The notes beneath the pieces are model-generated. The model was not told the DNA's origin and made no database searches. It was given only the letters and a program-made list of their open reading frames with translations. From assembly GCA_000002435.2 (NCBI GenBank), contig CM018789.1: a stretch of DNA of 64,000 nt. One strand, given 5' to 3'. The stretch comes from Giardia intestinalis (Eukaryota). A program made the position numbers and the translations under genes. Shown piece after piece: positions 1-9,901 of this stretch (its first letter is position 1; each line of letters opens with the position of its first letter).

Positions 1-717
1 TGTAACTATTTTGATATCTCCCAGACAAACGTTCAGCTCATAAACCTTCCCATGAATGCCATGAATACACGCCTGTATGTTCTGCGGTATGTTGGGCGCA
101 GGCATCTCAAGCTGACGAGCGAGAGAGATCAGCCCGCCGCTGGAGATTGATGCAGGGGCATAGGCGGGAAGTATATCTTTACAAAGCTCCCGAACAGCGA
201 CCACAAAGTCATCGAGGACTGATAGAGAGTATGTTTTTAAAACATCCAGACCAGTGCGAGCTGCAGTAAGATCTTCTTCGGTGCCAATAAGCTTTTCGTT
301 GAGGGCGTTAAATTGACTTGTTACAGAGTCACGATCTGCCTGGGCCATCTGGAGCCGCAGTTTGAGGTCACCCAGCTCCTTAGAGATTACGCTTGACAGC
401 TCATCTGTCAGGGAGTTGCTTCTTTTTTCTGTCTCGGCCAGCTGTTCACGCAGGCTAGAGGACTCCACCTTCGCAAGCTGCTCGCGTTCGAGAAGTGATG
501 CAATCTGCTCTCTGAGGGTCCTATTTTCAATCTCCAGTGTTCGAACCAATATATTCTCTGGATCTCCAACAGAAATCACAGACCCACTTTGCTGTCCCGA
601 AACGGCGGAGTGTGGCCTGTAGGCATGTGCTGTATGCTCAGTTGGAGAGCTAATGGTAGATTGGCGGAAAGAGCCGTCTATGGACCGCGGCTTATATGAA
701 ATAGCCACCGGTTTCAT
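1..717 (-). CDS. coiled-coil protein, partial (C-terminal part lies beyond window start)
   Basis: Start is ATG read as 'cat' on the + strand at 715-717. An in-frame stop lies just upstream at 730-732. My by-eye reverse-strand translation stays open to position 1 (about 239 codons). The sequence is heptad-like and Leu/Glu/Gln-rich (…LEIENRTLREQIASLLEREQLAKVESSSLREQLAETEK…). It is absent from the ORF track only because no stop bounds it inside the window. Confidence 0.45.
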   Translation of the reverse strand, partial: MKPVAISYKPRSIDGSFRQSTISSPTEHTAHAYRPHSAVSGQQSGSVISVGDPENILVRTLEIENRTLREQIASLLEREQLAKVESSSLREQLAETEKRSNSLTDELSSVISKELGDLKLRLQMAQADRDSVTSQFNALNEKLIGTEEDLTAARTGLDVLKTYSLSVLDDFVVAVRELCKDILPAYAPASISSGGLISLARQLEMPAPNIPQNIQACIHGIHGKVYELNVCLGDIKIVT

Positions 718-1018
718 GGCGGTAGTTTTTTAGTAGGCAAGATAGGGCTTTACCCAACTATCTGGCTGGTTAACACATTGAGTGCCATAGGGGCTTGCGC
801 AAGCTGTCCCGCAGTCTGCTAGAATGTTATAGAAAAGTGTGTTCGCCTCAAACATGATAGGTCAGAAAAACCTTTTGATGAGGGTCGACATTAGAGATAA
901 TTAGTAGCATCGTATATGTAGCACGGCCTCGCAGCGCTGGTTGTACTATTCCTTCTTGCAGGCTCAGTGTGAGAGCAAAACCCAGCACGTGGGATAAATA
1001 ATTTCAGTGTATCTGCCT

Positions 1019-1387
1019 ATGTCTAAAACGCCAATCATAACGCAGTACATTGTTCTTCGTAATGATCTCCCTTGGGGCCTTGGTGCCCTTGCAGCTCAGG
1101 TGGCACATGCATCGGTGGCGGCCATCCATGCGTTTCGCGAGCATCCAGATGTCAGGGTCTACTTATCTGATATATCAAACATGCGTAAAGTCGTCTTGTC
1201 TGCCGATGAGCAGCAGATAATCCAGCTTCGCGATGACCTATGTGCTGCCAAGATTGACCACTTCGCTTGGATAGAGCAGCCAGAAAATTTGCTAAGTGCT
1301 ATTGGTCTTAGACCATGTCCCAAGGAATTGGTTCGGCCATATTTGAAGCACTTATCTCTTCTGAAAGAGCTCCCTCGGAGTAAATAA
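1019..1387 (+). CDS. peptidyl-tRNA hydrolase, PTH2 family
   Basis: The ORF-track start at 1007 is GTG; the first ATG is at 1019 (MSKTPIITQYIVLRNDL…). The sequence shows the PTH2 pattern: 'VLRNDLPWGLGALAAQVAHASVAA…KVVLSADEQQIIQLRDDL…LLSAIGLRPCPKELV…LKHLSLL'. This matches the conserved 'VVRxDLxMxxGKxAAQxxHA … KVVLxxxxExxLxxLxxxA … GxxPxxxxxV … LKLL' layout. The stop overlaps an AGTAAAT poly(A)-like motif. Confidence 0.6.
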   Translation: MSKTPIITQYIVLRNDLPWGLGALAAQVAHASVAAIHAFREHPDVRVYLSDISNMRKVVLSADEQQIIQLRDDLCAAKIDHFAWIEQPENLLSAIGLRPCPKELVRPYLKHLSLLKELPRSK

Positions 1388-1404
1388 AATTTGCACGATA
1401 GAGG

Positions 1405-3228
1405 ATGAAAATACTGCCCCATGACGACCTCTTCTCCGTAGTTACCTTGTACCGCGATGAAGTGTGTGCTGTAACAGGCAGCGCCGTCATTTATCTTCTG
1501 CGCGGAAAAGCACTCATTAACGGTGCCCCAATAATAGCTCCAAGAACTTTGCTCTGTTCGCAGATATATGGCCATGTGACTATAGTTTCTTCTCTACCTG
1601 CAGCATACTATGGGCATGTGCGTGAAGCTGAGAAGGAGTTGAACAAGTTGCATAGGCTCCTAGGAGAACACCCCGCTCTGCTTATCGAACGCTTCGCTGA
1701 AAGGTGTATTGGTCTCACCGAAGACTCTCCCGTAGCTGCAATTTTTGTCTGTGTACCTCTCCAAGCTGAACTCTCAATCGTCTATCGGACAGCAGCGAAA
1801 CTGGACGGCTTTAATCTGTACGGAGTTTCTCTAGATGAAATCTCTCATAGTAAGAAGGCATTTGGCACTCTTTCGTCTTCGGTCAAGGTTGCGTTGGAGT
1901 GGCACGTTGCATGTAAGTCGATATCTGCGCCTAAAAGTATACTAGTTGTTGGGCCCCAAGGAGTAGGAAAGTCTGTCTTTTCACGGCTGCTTGCAAACTT
2001 TAAAACGGGGTACCATCGGTATGTTGTATTTGTTGACGCTGACTGCCGTAATGGGGAGTCTATCTGTCCGTCTGTGCTTCGTGCATCTGTTTTGCAGAGT
2101 GGGCAAAGAAGCGGTAGCGATTTCCCACTTATGGGGTCTGTGTTTACCTACTGTGCCCCTTATGGTTATACGAGCGTGTCGTCGGATCCCGATAGCTTTG
2201 TAGAGTTGGTGCAGGCTCTTCTTCGCATATGTACCGCACATCTATATACATTGGAGGCCTCCAACGAGGACGTGCCCACCATCATCTGCATGCCTGTCTG
2301 GTTCCAAGGAACCATGGATACCATTATTGAGCGCTGTGTCATGCAGCTAGGCTGCGATGGCATTGTTGAAATGTGCACAGATACCTCCATCCAAATCCTT
2401 GCCCCCACAGACTGCACGTTATTCTTGACATCCTGGGAAGACACCAAAAGAAGGTCACGGGAGAATGCCCTCACCTTTCCAGGACTTTACCATTACGTTG
2501 TCCAGGGTCTCCAGGGCTTGCCGGGCATGGATCACTTCCGTACTTTGCGCTTTCTGCAGTCAATCATAGACTTTAAGAAGATTGGTATTACTCCCTCTGG
2601 ATCCGGAGCCCTCTGCTGCAGGATGACCGGCCGTGATCTACTATGTTCCGCGCCCTTTGTTGAACTTGTTTCCCAGGCACGTCCCTTGCAATATCTGCGA
2701 ATCGTAGACCTTGCAACATTAAGAGCTAACGAACCACACTATTCAACAAGCGAACTTTTATACAAGACAACCTATCCAGTGATGGAGCTCTCTGTACATT
2801 TGTCGGATGATGGTGTGCCAGGCACTATATTTCTATCTCAGTCACTGCACAACATAGTGAACAAGTTGCCAGAATCCCGAGTTAGTTGGGCGCTGCGGAC
2901 TATTTTTTCTGCTATGCCCGTTTATTTGTATTCTACTAAGGTTCCAGTCACAAGCGTTGGTAGTGTTAACATTTTAAGGTTTGTCGGGATTGGATTATTA
3001 AGAAACTTCAACGGACTGAATCCGTGCATAGTGTCCACCCTCTCTTCTGCAGACATGGGTGCGGTTTCTGCCATGTGTCTACCATATGGCAGCTCCTTCA
3101 TCTTCAGTCCAAAGCTTTTGAGGGGTAATCTGGAAGGGTTCACTACAAATCAATCCATGTCTAAGGTAGTAGGACATGAAACTTATGGGGGAAAGGGCCC
3201 CAACTTGCTGGCAACAGAGCGGTGCTGA
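1405..3228 (+). CDS. Clp1/Grc3/NOL9-family polynucleotide 5'-hydroxyl kinase-like protein
   Basis: ATG is at 1405, 17 nt after the upstream stop. A central Walker-A motif 'ILVVGPQGVGKSVFSRLLANF' is followed by 'YVVFVDADCRNGE' (like the Clp1-family 'xxDxDxGQ' segment). 'ICMPVWFQGTMD' resembles the NTxGW motif. The long N-terminal extension and the 607-aa size match Grc3/NOL9. Confidence 0.45.
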   Translation: MKILPHDDLFSVVTLYRDEVCAVTGSAVIYLLRGKALINGAPIIAPRTLLCSQIYGHVTIVSSLPAAYYGHVREAEKELNKLHRLLGEHPALLIERFAERCIGLTEDSPVAAIFVCVPLQAELSIVYRTAAKLDGFNLYGVSLDEISHSKKAFGTLSSSVKVALEWHVACKSISAPKSILVVGPQGVGKSVFSRLLANFKTGYHRYVVFVDADCRNGESICPSVLRASVLQSGQRSGSDFPLMGSVFTYCAPYGYTSVSSDPDSFVELVQALLRICTAHLYTLEASNEDVPTIICMPVWFQGTMDTIIERCVMQLGCDGIVEMCTDTSIQILAPTDCTLFLTSWEDTKRRSRENALTFPGLYHYVVQGLQGLPGMDHFRTLRFLQSIIDFKKIGITPSGSGALCCRMTGRDLLCSAPFVELVSQARPLQYLRIVDLATLRANEPHYSTSELLYKTTYPVMELSVHLSDDGVPGTIFLSQSLHNIVNKLPESRVSWALRTIFSAMPVYLYSTKVPVTSVGSVNILRFVGIGLLRNFNGLNPCIVSTLSSADMGAVSAMCLPYGSSFIFSPKLLRGNLEGFTTNQSMSKVVGHETYGGKGPNLLATERC

Positions 3229-3255
3229 TAAGCTTTACAGTAGTTGAATAATTAT

Positions 3256-5754
3256 ATGCCATCGCACAGGACGCTTCCTGGCTCGCTTCTCGAAGCCAAT
3301 ACACGAGCAACTGGGGTTATAAAGGACCAACGAGCACTACCTGCTTACTCTACTGGTCACAAAGAGGACCCTTTAAACCATCCAAATCAACTGCTTATCT
3401 CTTCCATGTGCATTCCTCAAGTTAACACACTGAATGAGGCGCTCACTTCAACAATGCCTGCCAACCTAATTTTGCGCATACGAAGCTCTGTAGGGCTGAT
3501 CCCTACTCTGTACAACGAGTACAAGACAGAGTTCGACGCCTTCGCTCAGACACTAGTGGCCAACCTGGAACGAATACCCACACTTCCTGTTTATTGTAAG
3601 GTTGCTGGGTCTTTCAAGAAGCGAGGAATAGTGAAGGTCCTTCAACGGTTGATTGTTGATGGGTACATAGAGCCTATTTCTATCACTAGAGAACAAATAA
3701 AAACGTGGCCAGTCGCTCATAGTAACGTTTACTCTGCGCTACCAGATATTTTAAACAGGCTCTTGCGTCCGGGTCTTCTATCGAGAGCAACGACCCAGTC
3801 CCTGAGTGAGGTAGAAGGAGAGGAAATCATGAAACGCTCCATTGCACTTACTTGCTACCAGCTCAAGCAGGTTACTAATAAGAAGGAGGCACCAGCAAAT
3901 ATCATCGTAGAGAAGCAAAGCATATCCACTACATCCAATACAAATCCGGTAACACAAAAAACCTTGGAGCTAGAAGAAATAGAGCACCATTTCATGGACT
4001 TGGACAATGAGCATGCAGGCTACAGTGCAATCCCAATGGACATGTGCCCATTTGACGATAGTGTTGCCTCTAGTGACGAGTCAAACACTGCAGAGCCTCC
4101 ACTAAAGGCATACTCCAACATTGAGCACTTTTACAGCGATGTCTTTGGCCCACTAGAGAAGCACCCAAGCTCAGAAGGCCAACAAAAAAAGATCTGCACA
4201 AGAGACGAGGCGTCGTCCCACACAGAGGTCTCCACCCCGCTACTATCCATTTCAAGTAGCGTATCAGAGGAAACAATAGCGGCATACGTAATTCCTGTTT
4301 TTAAGAATTGTCCATATTTCAGGAGGTATCCTTCTGTAAAGTTCTACAGAGAGTTTATCAGAGAGCTATATGCATCACTATGCAAAGCACGGCAACGGAA
4401 GTGTCCATCTGTTGTAGCTGTCCCTCCTGAAGTACTAGAAAAACTTGTGGCATCTTACAATTGCAAGAATAAGGAGAAGTTAATCGGAAAGAAAAAGAAG
4501 ATAACCAAAATTGCAGATGTGAGATTGGCGCTGGAAGGATACATTGGTAGAGGAAAGAAGGGAAACGCATTCTATAATATTCAGCCAGAGATAAAGGTTA
4601 ATGAACGATGCTACATATATAGAAGCGAGCTTCTTCAGATGGTGAGCACATACCAGACTGCCCCTCCATTGATGGGTATGCTTGGTCATTACTGTGGAGC
4701 CCAAACCATGACTGCATACATGCAACGTATCTCTACTGTGTTTGAGTTGCCCAGAGAAGAAGTTATTATTTTGGGGATAGAATCATTTAGTTGTCCCCGC
4801 ACAGCACAGGACGATGAAAATTGGGCGGGGTTTTGCTGTATTCACGTCCAAAAAGTAAGTGACGAGGCCACGGCAACCATCCCATACCTACCGATAGGAG
4901 TTTCACGTGTGGGATCCTTCATAGTGACAAGTGACCAGGCTGCCAATATAACACTAGAAGAAATCTATCCTGGCACGGCTGTACGTTCTCCTGTGGCGCG
5001 ATATGATGCATCCCTTGGCGGGATGCAGCTAACGCTCCTACAATCAACAGTGGTTAACGTGAGACAAAACTCGCTGGTTATAGTCGGCATGGATATACGT
5101 GACTCCATCACAGATGCACCCTCTTCAAGGCGACACAATCTTCTTAACGTGCCCCGGGACGGGGAAATCCTCTGTCACAGCGCCAACATTTTTATGCGGA
5201 GCAGATGGGACGTATTCATGGCCTCCAACTCTGAAGATGGCATCATGTTACCCCAGCGTCTATGTGCAAAGTCAGTCTGCGATGTTCAGACGAATAAGAA
5301 TGTGTATATGACCGACTACTTGTATAACAAAAGACTACGGAAAACAAAATTGTTTAGAACGCTAGATTGCACGGTACATGAACTTCTTGGACAGAAGTTC
5401 CAGCTCATGCAGCTTGAGTCTGCGCGCGAAGCTCTCTGTAAGGCCAAAATACAGGACGCTAATGAAGTAGTGGTGTGCGAAAATAGCCTCTTTATATTAT
5501 CCGCCCTCATGATACACCCTGCATTGATCTGTCTTTTAGAAGCGGACGATCGACGAAATGTGCAGACAATCTACGGCCTTGCATCTGATAGTTCAATATA
5601 CACTAATCCAAAGAAGCTAGAAATAGAAGTCAGAAATATCTTCAAACGCTATGAGGCCGAGCAAGAGAACTTGCCACCTGGGTCAGCTCAGGCTCTAGCC
5701 TATGACGCCATAAGGACATACTTTCTGGACCTCATGATACTGTATGCTCTATAA
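3256..5754 (+). CDS. hypothetical protein (832 aa), Lys-rich central patch, no recognisable domain
   Basis: The ORF-track start at 3244 is TTG; the first ATG is at 3256 (MPSHRTLPGS…). It is a 2.5-kb uninterrupted ORF with balanced composition, which is unlikely by chance. I see no confident motif. Confidence 0.5.
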   Translation: MPSHRTLPGSLLEANTRATGVIKDQRALPAYSTGHKEDPLNHPNQLLISSMCIPQVNTLNEALTSTMPANLILRIRSSVGLIPTLYNEYKTEFDAFAQTLVANLERIPTLPVYCKVAGSFKKRGIVKVLQRLIVDGYIEPISITREQIKTWPVAHSNVYSALPDILNRLLRPGLLSRATTQSLSEVEGEEIMKRSIALTCYQLKQVTNKKEAPANIIVEKQSISTTSNTNPVTQKTLELEEIEHHFMDLDNEHAGYSAIPMDMCPFDDSVASSDESNTAEPPLKAYSNIEHFYSDVFGPLEKHPSSEGQQKKICTRDEASSHTEVSTPLLSISSSVSEETIAAYVIPVFKNCPYFRRYPSVKFYREFIRELYASLCKARQRKCPSVVAVPPEVLEKLVASYNCKNKEKLIGKKKKITKIADVRLALEGYIGRGKKGNAFYNIQPEIKVNERCYIYRSELLQMVSTYQTAPPLMGMLGHYCGAQTMTAYMQRISTVFELPREEVIILGIESFSCPRTAQDDENWAGFCCIHVQKVSDEATATIPYLPIGVSRVGSFIVTSDQAANITLEEIYPGTAVRSPVARYDASLGGMQLTLLQSTVVNVRQNSLVIVGMDIRDSITDAPSSRRHNLLNVPRDGEILCHSANIFMRSRWDVFMASNSEDGIMLPQRLCAKSVCDVQTNKNVYMTDYLYNKRLRKTKLFRTLDCTVHELLGQKFQLMQLESAREALCKAKIQDANEVVVCENSLFILSALMIHPALICLLEADDRRNVQTIYGLASDSSIYTNPKKLEIEVRNIFKRYEAEQENLPPGSAQALAYDAIRTYFLDLMILYAL

Positions 5755-5786
5755 TCAAAGACTAAACTAACCAACTCTTTAACCCT

Positions 5787-7826
5787 CTACAAGGGTGTGT
5801 GAGAGTCTCCATTAAGGAACTCTTCTTGTGATATAGATGCAATAGATGAGTAAGAATAGTCATAGGAGTACGAGCTATCCTGTGACTGGTGTCCGGATTC
5901 CTCTCCTTTGTCTTTGGTTGCCTTAACTAAGTTAGCCAGGTATCTGGAGTTATCATCAAGCACCTTATCAAGCCCAGAGTTAGCTATTGGCTCACTAAGA
6001 TTCACATCATCCTGGCTGCTGAATGGGTTAAGGTCTTTACTACCTATGTACATTTCTCCCACAAGATTGGACGAATTATGCCCATGATCCTGATTGGTGG
6101 TGGCAGCACTCATAGTGCGGGGCTGAACAAAAGTGTTATTAGCAAATATATCCTCAGGAAACAAATTTATGATAGCTTCCTGCTGTGTTGCCAGTGCCAG
6201 ATCTCGTGCAGAGGTGTTTCCATGTATTACAACGTTCCACTCTGCGTCTCTCAGTACCCTGATCAGCTCTATATCCTTATTTGCTATGGCATACGCAAGT
6301 GCAGTCTTCCCCTGCGAATCAACCATTCTAGCCTCCTCTCTTACAAGCAGCCGCACGCACTTGAGAGAGCCGCCGAGAACAGCGTACATCAGGGCCGTCC
6401 TCCCTTGCACGTCCTGCTTGCGCTTTTGCTGAGAAATAAACTGTTCCACCACATAGCTGAAACCAGATTCAGCGGCCCCCATCAGAATAGTTTTCCCCTC
6501 TGCATTGTCTCCACACTGGAAGCTCATCAATAAATCTGTGACTGATCGCTGCATTTCATAGAGGCGGTCCTCATAACGTTGCGATTGTGAGCTGATAAGG
6601 TCGGTTAGTTGCATATTCTCTTTCTGGAGTATCTCTAGTTCCTTGCTCTTCTCTAGCACGCTCCGATTTAGTTCTGTGAATCTGGACGCGAGTACATCCT
6701 GTGATAGCCGTTGCTGTCCCTTCATCTTCCACGCTATGGGTGTACCGCGTAGTGGCCGCTGTATGGTCGACAAATGGGTGGGTGTTACGGCGTCGCTGTT
6801 GCTATGTGCATTCATGTAACTTGCAGATAAATTGGTGAATAGCTCTGACGATCTCTGTGCAAGCATAGTTTTCAAGTGTGCCTCAGATTGCTTCAGTAAT
6901 TGGAGCTCTCGAGTTCTCAGTTCAAGGAGCCTCTGCATTTGTTCCGGACTATAGCCCTTTGCAGTAGTGTCATAGTCTTGCAGATTAGCAGTGAGCTTGG
7001 GATGGTTAAGGAGGGTCGATACCGAGCTTCTAGCAGATGGATCTGGCTTCAGCATAGCACAGATGAATGCTGACAACTCATCCGAATAGTAGATTGGTAG
7101 GCTCTGTATGCATGCATTCATGATGGCATCCTTTATCTGCTGCCTGTCGTAGCCAGAGAAGGGCCGTTGCTTAGCACACAACTCATAAAGAACGATCCCC
7201 AGCTCCCACACATCACTCTTCTCGCTGTATGCATTATGAAACACGACCTCAGGAGCCATGTATAGGCTTAGCGTACCCTGTGACGCAACAACGTTTCCGC
7301 GAAAATGACAAACCCCGAACAGTGCCAGTTTATACTCACGCTCTCCGACTACTATAATGGAGGACGGGCGAATGTTGCGGTGCAAGATGCCGGAAGGAGA
7401 GCCGGGGTCTGGCTTGCAGAGGAGGTGACAGTAAGAAAGACCAAGGAGTATATGGGCAGCAATACACCATATAGTTTCTTCTGGAATGAAACTATTATTG
7501 TTTCGAGAGAACCGTACAAGATCTCCGGCGGTGGTGAAGCTGCCAGTCTCTGAAATTATATAGTAAGTCTCACGGTCTTTATCGTCAAGGAAGTCCACAA
7601 CGGAAGCTACGTGAGGATGCACGAGGTCCATGATATTGCTAACGTCAGCTTCAATGGCTCTGCGCTCACGTGGAGAGAACCGAGTATATAAAATCTCCTG
7701 ACACAAGAACTCCGTGCGCGTGTCAGCGTGTGCCACTACTGAAACAGTTCCACGATGGTCACGCCACAAAACACGCACAGTGGCATAGGAGTGTGCAAGT
7801 GGCTCGTTCTTGGGCGAATGCCGCAT
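5787..7826 (-). CDS. NEK-like protein (pseudo)kinase with central coiled coil and C-terminal ankyrin repeats
   Basis: ATG verified at 7824-7826 on the complement strand. The N-terminal kinase fold shows conserved C-lobe motifs ('LYMAPE', 'SDVWELGIVLYEL', 'PDPSARSS'). The catalytic motifs are degenerate: HRD is HRN ('ILHRNIRPSS'), DFG is LFG ('KLALFGV'), and there is no GxGxxG or VAIK lysine. A coiled-coil segment and ankyrin repeats of Giardia flavour follow ('GRTALMYAVLGGSLKCVRLL… GKTALAYAIANKDIELIRVL'). Confidence 0.7.
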   Translation of the reverse strand: MRHSPKNEPLAHSYATVRVLWRDHRGTVSVVAHADTRTEFLCQEILYTRFSPRERRAIEADVSNIMDLVHPHVASVVDFLDDKDRETYYIISETGSFTTAGDLVRFSRNNNSFIPEETIWCIAAHILLGLSYCHLLCKPDPGSPSGILHRNIRPSSIIVVGEREYKLALFGVCHFRGNVVASQGTLSLYMAPEVVFHNAYSEKSDVWELGIVLYELCAKQRPFSGYDRQQIKDAIMNACIQSLPIYYSDELSAFICAMLKPDPSARSSVSTLLNHPKLTANLQDYDTTAKGYSPEQMQRLLELRTRELQLLKQSEAHLKTMLAQRSSELFTNLSASYMNAHSNSDAVTPTHLSTIQRPLRGTPIAWKMKGQQRLSQDVLASRFTELNRSVLEKSKELEILQKENMQLTDLISSQSQRYEDRLYEMQRSVTDLLMSFQCGDNAEGKTILMGAAESGFSYVVEQFISQQKRKQDVQGRTALMYAVLGGSLKCVRLLVREEARMVDSQGKTALAYAIANKDIELIRVLRDAEWNVVIHGNTSARDLALATQQEAIINLFPEDIFANNTFVQPRTMSAATTNQDHGHNSSNLVGEMYIGSKDLNPFSSQDDVNLSEPIANSGLDKVLDDNSRYLANLVKATKDKGEESGHQSQDSSYSYDYSYSSIASISQEEFLNGDSHTPL

Positions 7827-8005
7827 GTTGAGTAAAGCAAAAAACGAGACCTCTAAGTTACTTAAATTTTCACTGGAACTTCACCAGAACATCACTGGAA
7901 CAATGGTTTAATTCTCCCCCGCCAGCGGAGAGGGTTGCTAGTTAGTTAGTCTGCAGATAAAGGACCTCAACAACTGCCAGGCATCGGAGCATAAAAAGAA
8001 AAAGC

Positions 8006-8455
8006 ATGCGCGGTGAGGTTCGGGCTGCAGGTGTGATCCCTTATACAGTTAGCAACGGGGTCACTTACTTCCTTATGGTTAAAACAAACAGTAAAGGGTT
8101 TGGGGATTTTGGCGGAAAGATAGAGCATAATGAACTTCCTCACGAGATTGCTGCGCGAGAAGCCGAAGAGGAGTCCAATGGAATTTTTCGTATGAGTGAT
8201 GTTCTGGCCAAGATTGGGACAAACTATATCTATATTCCAGCGGCTAAGTATGCCCTTTTCTTCTACCCTCTTTCCGAACTACCGGACCCACTGTCGTTTG
8301 GAACACGAGAGCTACATACGGGCTACCCTCTAGAGGTTGTTTGCTGTAATAGTGCAAACGGTTTTAATTTACAGCTGCACCCTCGGTTGGTCACTGCACG
8401 AAAATTAATACTGCAAGAGCTCAGGAAACGGGCTAGATGTGAGAGGATGTGGTAA
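8006..8455 (+). CDS. Nudix hydrolase
   Basis: ATG at 8006. Nudix box 'GGKIEHNELPHEIAAREAEEESNGI' fits the GX5EX7REUXEEXGU pattern. Confidence 0.6.
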   Translation: MRGEVRAAGVIPYTVSNGVTYFLMVKTNSKGFGDFGGKIEHNELPHEIAAREAEEESNGIFRMSDVLAKIGTNYIYIPAAKYALFFYPLSELPDPLSFGTRELHTGYPLEVVCCNSANGFNLQLHPRLVTARKLILQELRKRARCERMW

Positions 8456-8485
8456 AGAAAAACAGAGCCAAACATGGAGATTGTT

Positions 8486-9082
8486 TCACTGCTTTGCGGT
8501 GGAAGCGCGCTTCCTCTGCTTTACCATGTGCAGAAATAGGATCGGAAACCCTGGGACGTAGAGAAGCAAAACGATGGAGTATCCCAACCAGAAAACATCG
8601 TATGGTTGGTAGACCATCCGAGCAAGGTAGATGATAGGAACCTCCCCAGCAAGAACACCCACAGGATACAGTAAATGAAACGCGTTATAGCGCAACCACT
8701 TCAGCCACTTGGGTGGCTTGTTCTTCTTGAGGTAGTAGGAGTAGCGGATGATCTCTGCAAAGGCCCAGGATGAGTACATTAGTATAAAACATGAGTGTGC
8801 CCAGGAATATGACCTCGCAGCAATTGTGGTCCGAGAATCATGCACTGCGAACCATACGACAACAAGGCGGGAGAGGATCTGGAGAGTCGTCGTTAAAAGT
8901 CCTCCCCGGGTAAGCCCCAAAGCCACGTGCACAATGTCCAAAACCATCATGCTCTGAGCCATGCAGATGTAAAGGTCTAGGCTATCTGGCTTTGGTAGTG
9001 CCCACGCGCCTAGAAGTAGAAGACCCAGTGACCACAACGCTAGCTGGATAGCATTGTAAATGGAGAGGTACACTAGTGTCAT
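8486..9082 (-). CDS. very-long-chain 3-hydroxyacyl-CoA dehydratase (PHS1/HACD/PTPLA family) membrane protein
   Basis: ATG verified at 9080-9082 on the complement strand. It is a multi-TM protein. 'MMVLDIVHVALGLTRGG…', 'FAEIIRYSYYL', 'LKWLRYNAFHLLYPVGVLAGE' and 'VPGFPILFLHMVKQRKR' closely follow the HACD/PHS1 consensus (LEIxHxxxGxV…EIIRY…WxRYxxFxxLYPxG…FPxLYxHMxxQRRK). Confidence 0.7.
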   Translation of the reverse strand: MTLVYLSIYNAIQLALWSLGLLLLGAWALPKPDSLDLYICMAQSMMVLDIVHVALGLTRGGLLTTTLQILSRLVVVWFAVHDSRTTIAARSYSWAHSCFILMYSSWAFAEIIRYSYYLKKNKPPKWLKWLRYNAFHLLYPVGVLAGEVPIIYLARMVYQPYDVFWLGYSIVLLLYVPGFPILFLHMVKQRKRASTAKQ

Positions 9083-9116
9083 CGCTGTCTTCTTAAAAAC
9101 CGATTATCTACAGTGG

Positions 9117-9701
9117 ATGGCGCCTCTTCCTCTCTGCTTTGTCACGAGCAGCAAGAAAAAACTAGCTGAATTCTTGCATGCAGTAGGAGACAACACCATT
9201 GCCCACGTGAGCATGGATCTCCCGGAGCTGCAGGGAGACCCCGAAACTGTCGCCCGTGAAAAGGCACGCGCTGCCTCGCGGATCTATGGAGGTCCCGTGC
9301 TTGTTGAAGACGTCAGTCTCTGCTTCAACGCTTACAAAGGCCTGCCAGGTGTATATGTGAAATCCTTTTTAACAGCTGTGGGGCCATCTGGTCTCTGTAA
9401 TATGCTCTTGCCCTACGAGGACAAGAGTGCCTATGCGCTTTGCATTTATGCATTCTGCGACGTGACTGTAGACGATAAACCGGCACTATTTACGGGACGT
9501 GCAGACGGAAGAATTGTCCCTCCCAGAGGGCCGCAAACCTTTGGCTGGGATTGCATATTTGAGCCACTGGAGGGCGGCGGTAAGACGTACGCTGAAATGG
9601 AAATGGTAGAAAAGAGCGCAATTTCGCACAGAGGCAAGGCTCTAGAGAAGGTTAAAGCGTTTTTGACTAACTCGGGGGTCAAAGTACCTTGTGTAAAATA
9701 G
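9117..9701 (+). CDS. inosine triphosphate pyrophosphatase (ITPase/HAM1 family)
   Basis: The ORF-track start at 9060 is also an ATG but overlaps the divergent upstream gene; I prefer the ATG at 9117 (MAPLPLCFVTSSKKKLAEF…). This matches the ITPase N-terminus 'FVTGNxKKLEE'. 'GPVLVEDVSLCFNAYKGLPGVYVK', 'DKSAYALC', 'FGWDCIFEP', 'TYAEM' and 'ISHRGKAL' follow the HAM1 consensus. Confidence 0.7.
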   Translation: MAPLPLCFVTSSKKKLAEFLHAVGDNTIAHVSMDLPELQGDPETVAREKARAASRIYGGPVLVEDVSLCFNAYKGLPGVYVKSFLTAVGPSGLCNMLLPYEDKSAYALCIYAFCDVTVDDKPALFTGRADGRIVPPRGPQTFGWDCIFEPLEGGGKTYAEMEMVEKSAISHRGKALEKVKAFLTNSGVKVPCVK

Positions 9702-9901
9702 ACACACAAGCAAGGGAGAAGAGCTAATATAATAAAAAGATGCTATACAAAGTGTCTGACACCGGATGCACCCCTTCAAACTACGCCGTTCACAGAGAGG
9801 GAGTTAGAGTCGTGCACCCAAGCAGCAGACATCTAGTAAAAAATTATAAAAAATGTTTGTCATAATTTCACATTAGTGTGGCAAAACCCAAAAGAGAAAT
9901 T

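Noticed and set aside
9060-9116. Longer ITPase N-terminus starting at the ATG at 9060
   Set aside because: It would overlap the divergent HACD gene by 23 nt and adds 19 residues with no counterpart in ITPase orthologues. The conserved 'FVTxNxKKLxE' N-terminus begins right after the ATG at 9117.
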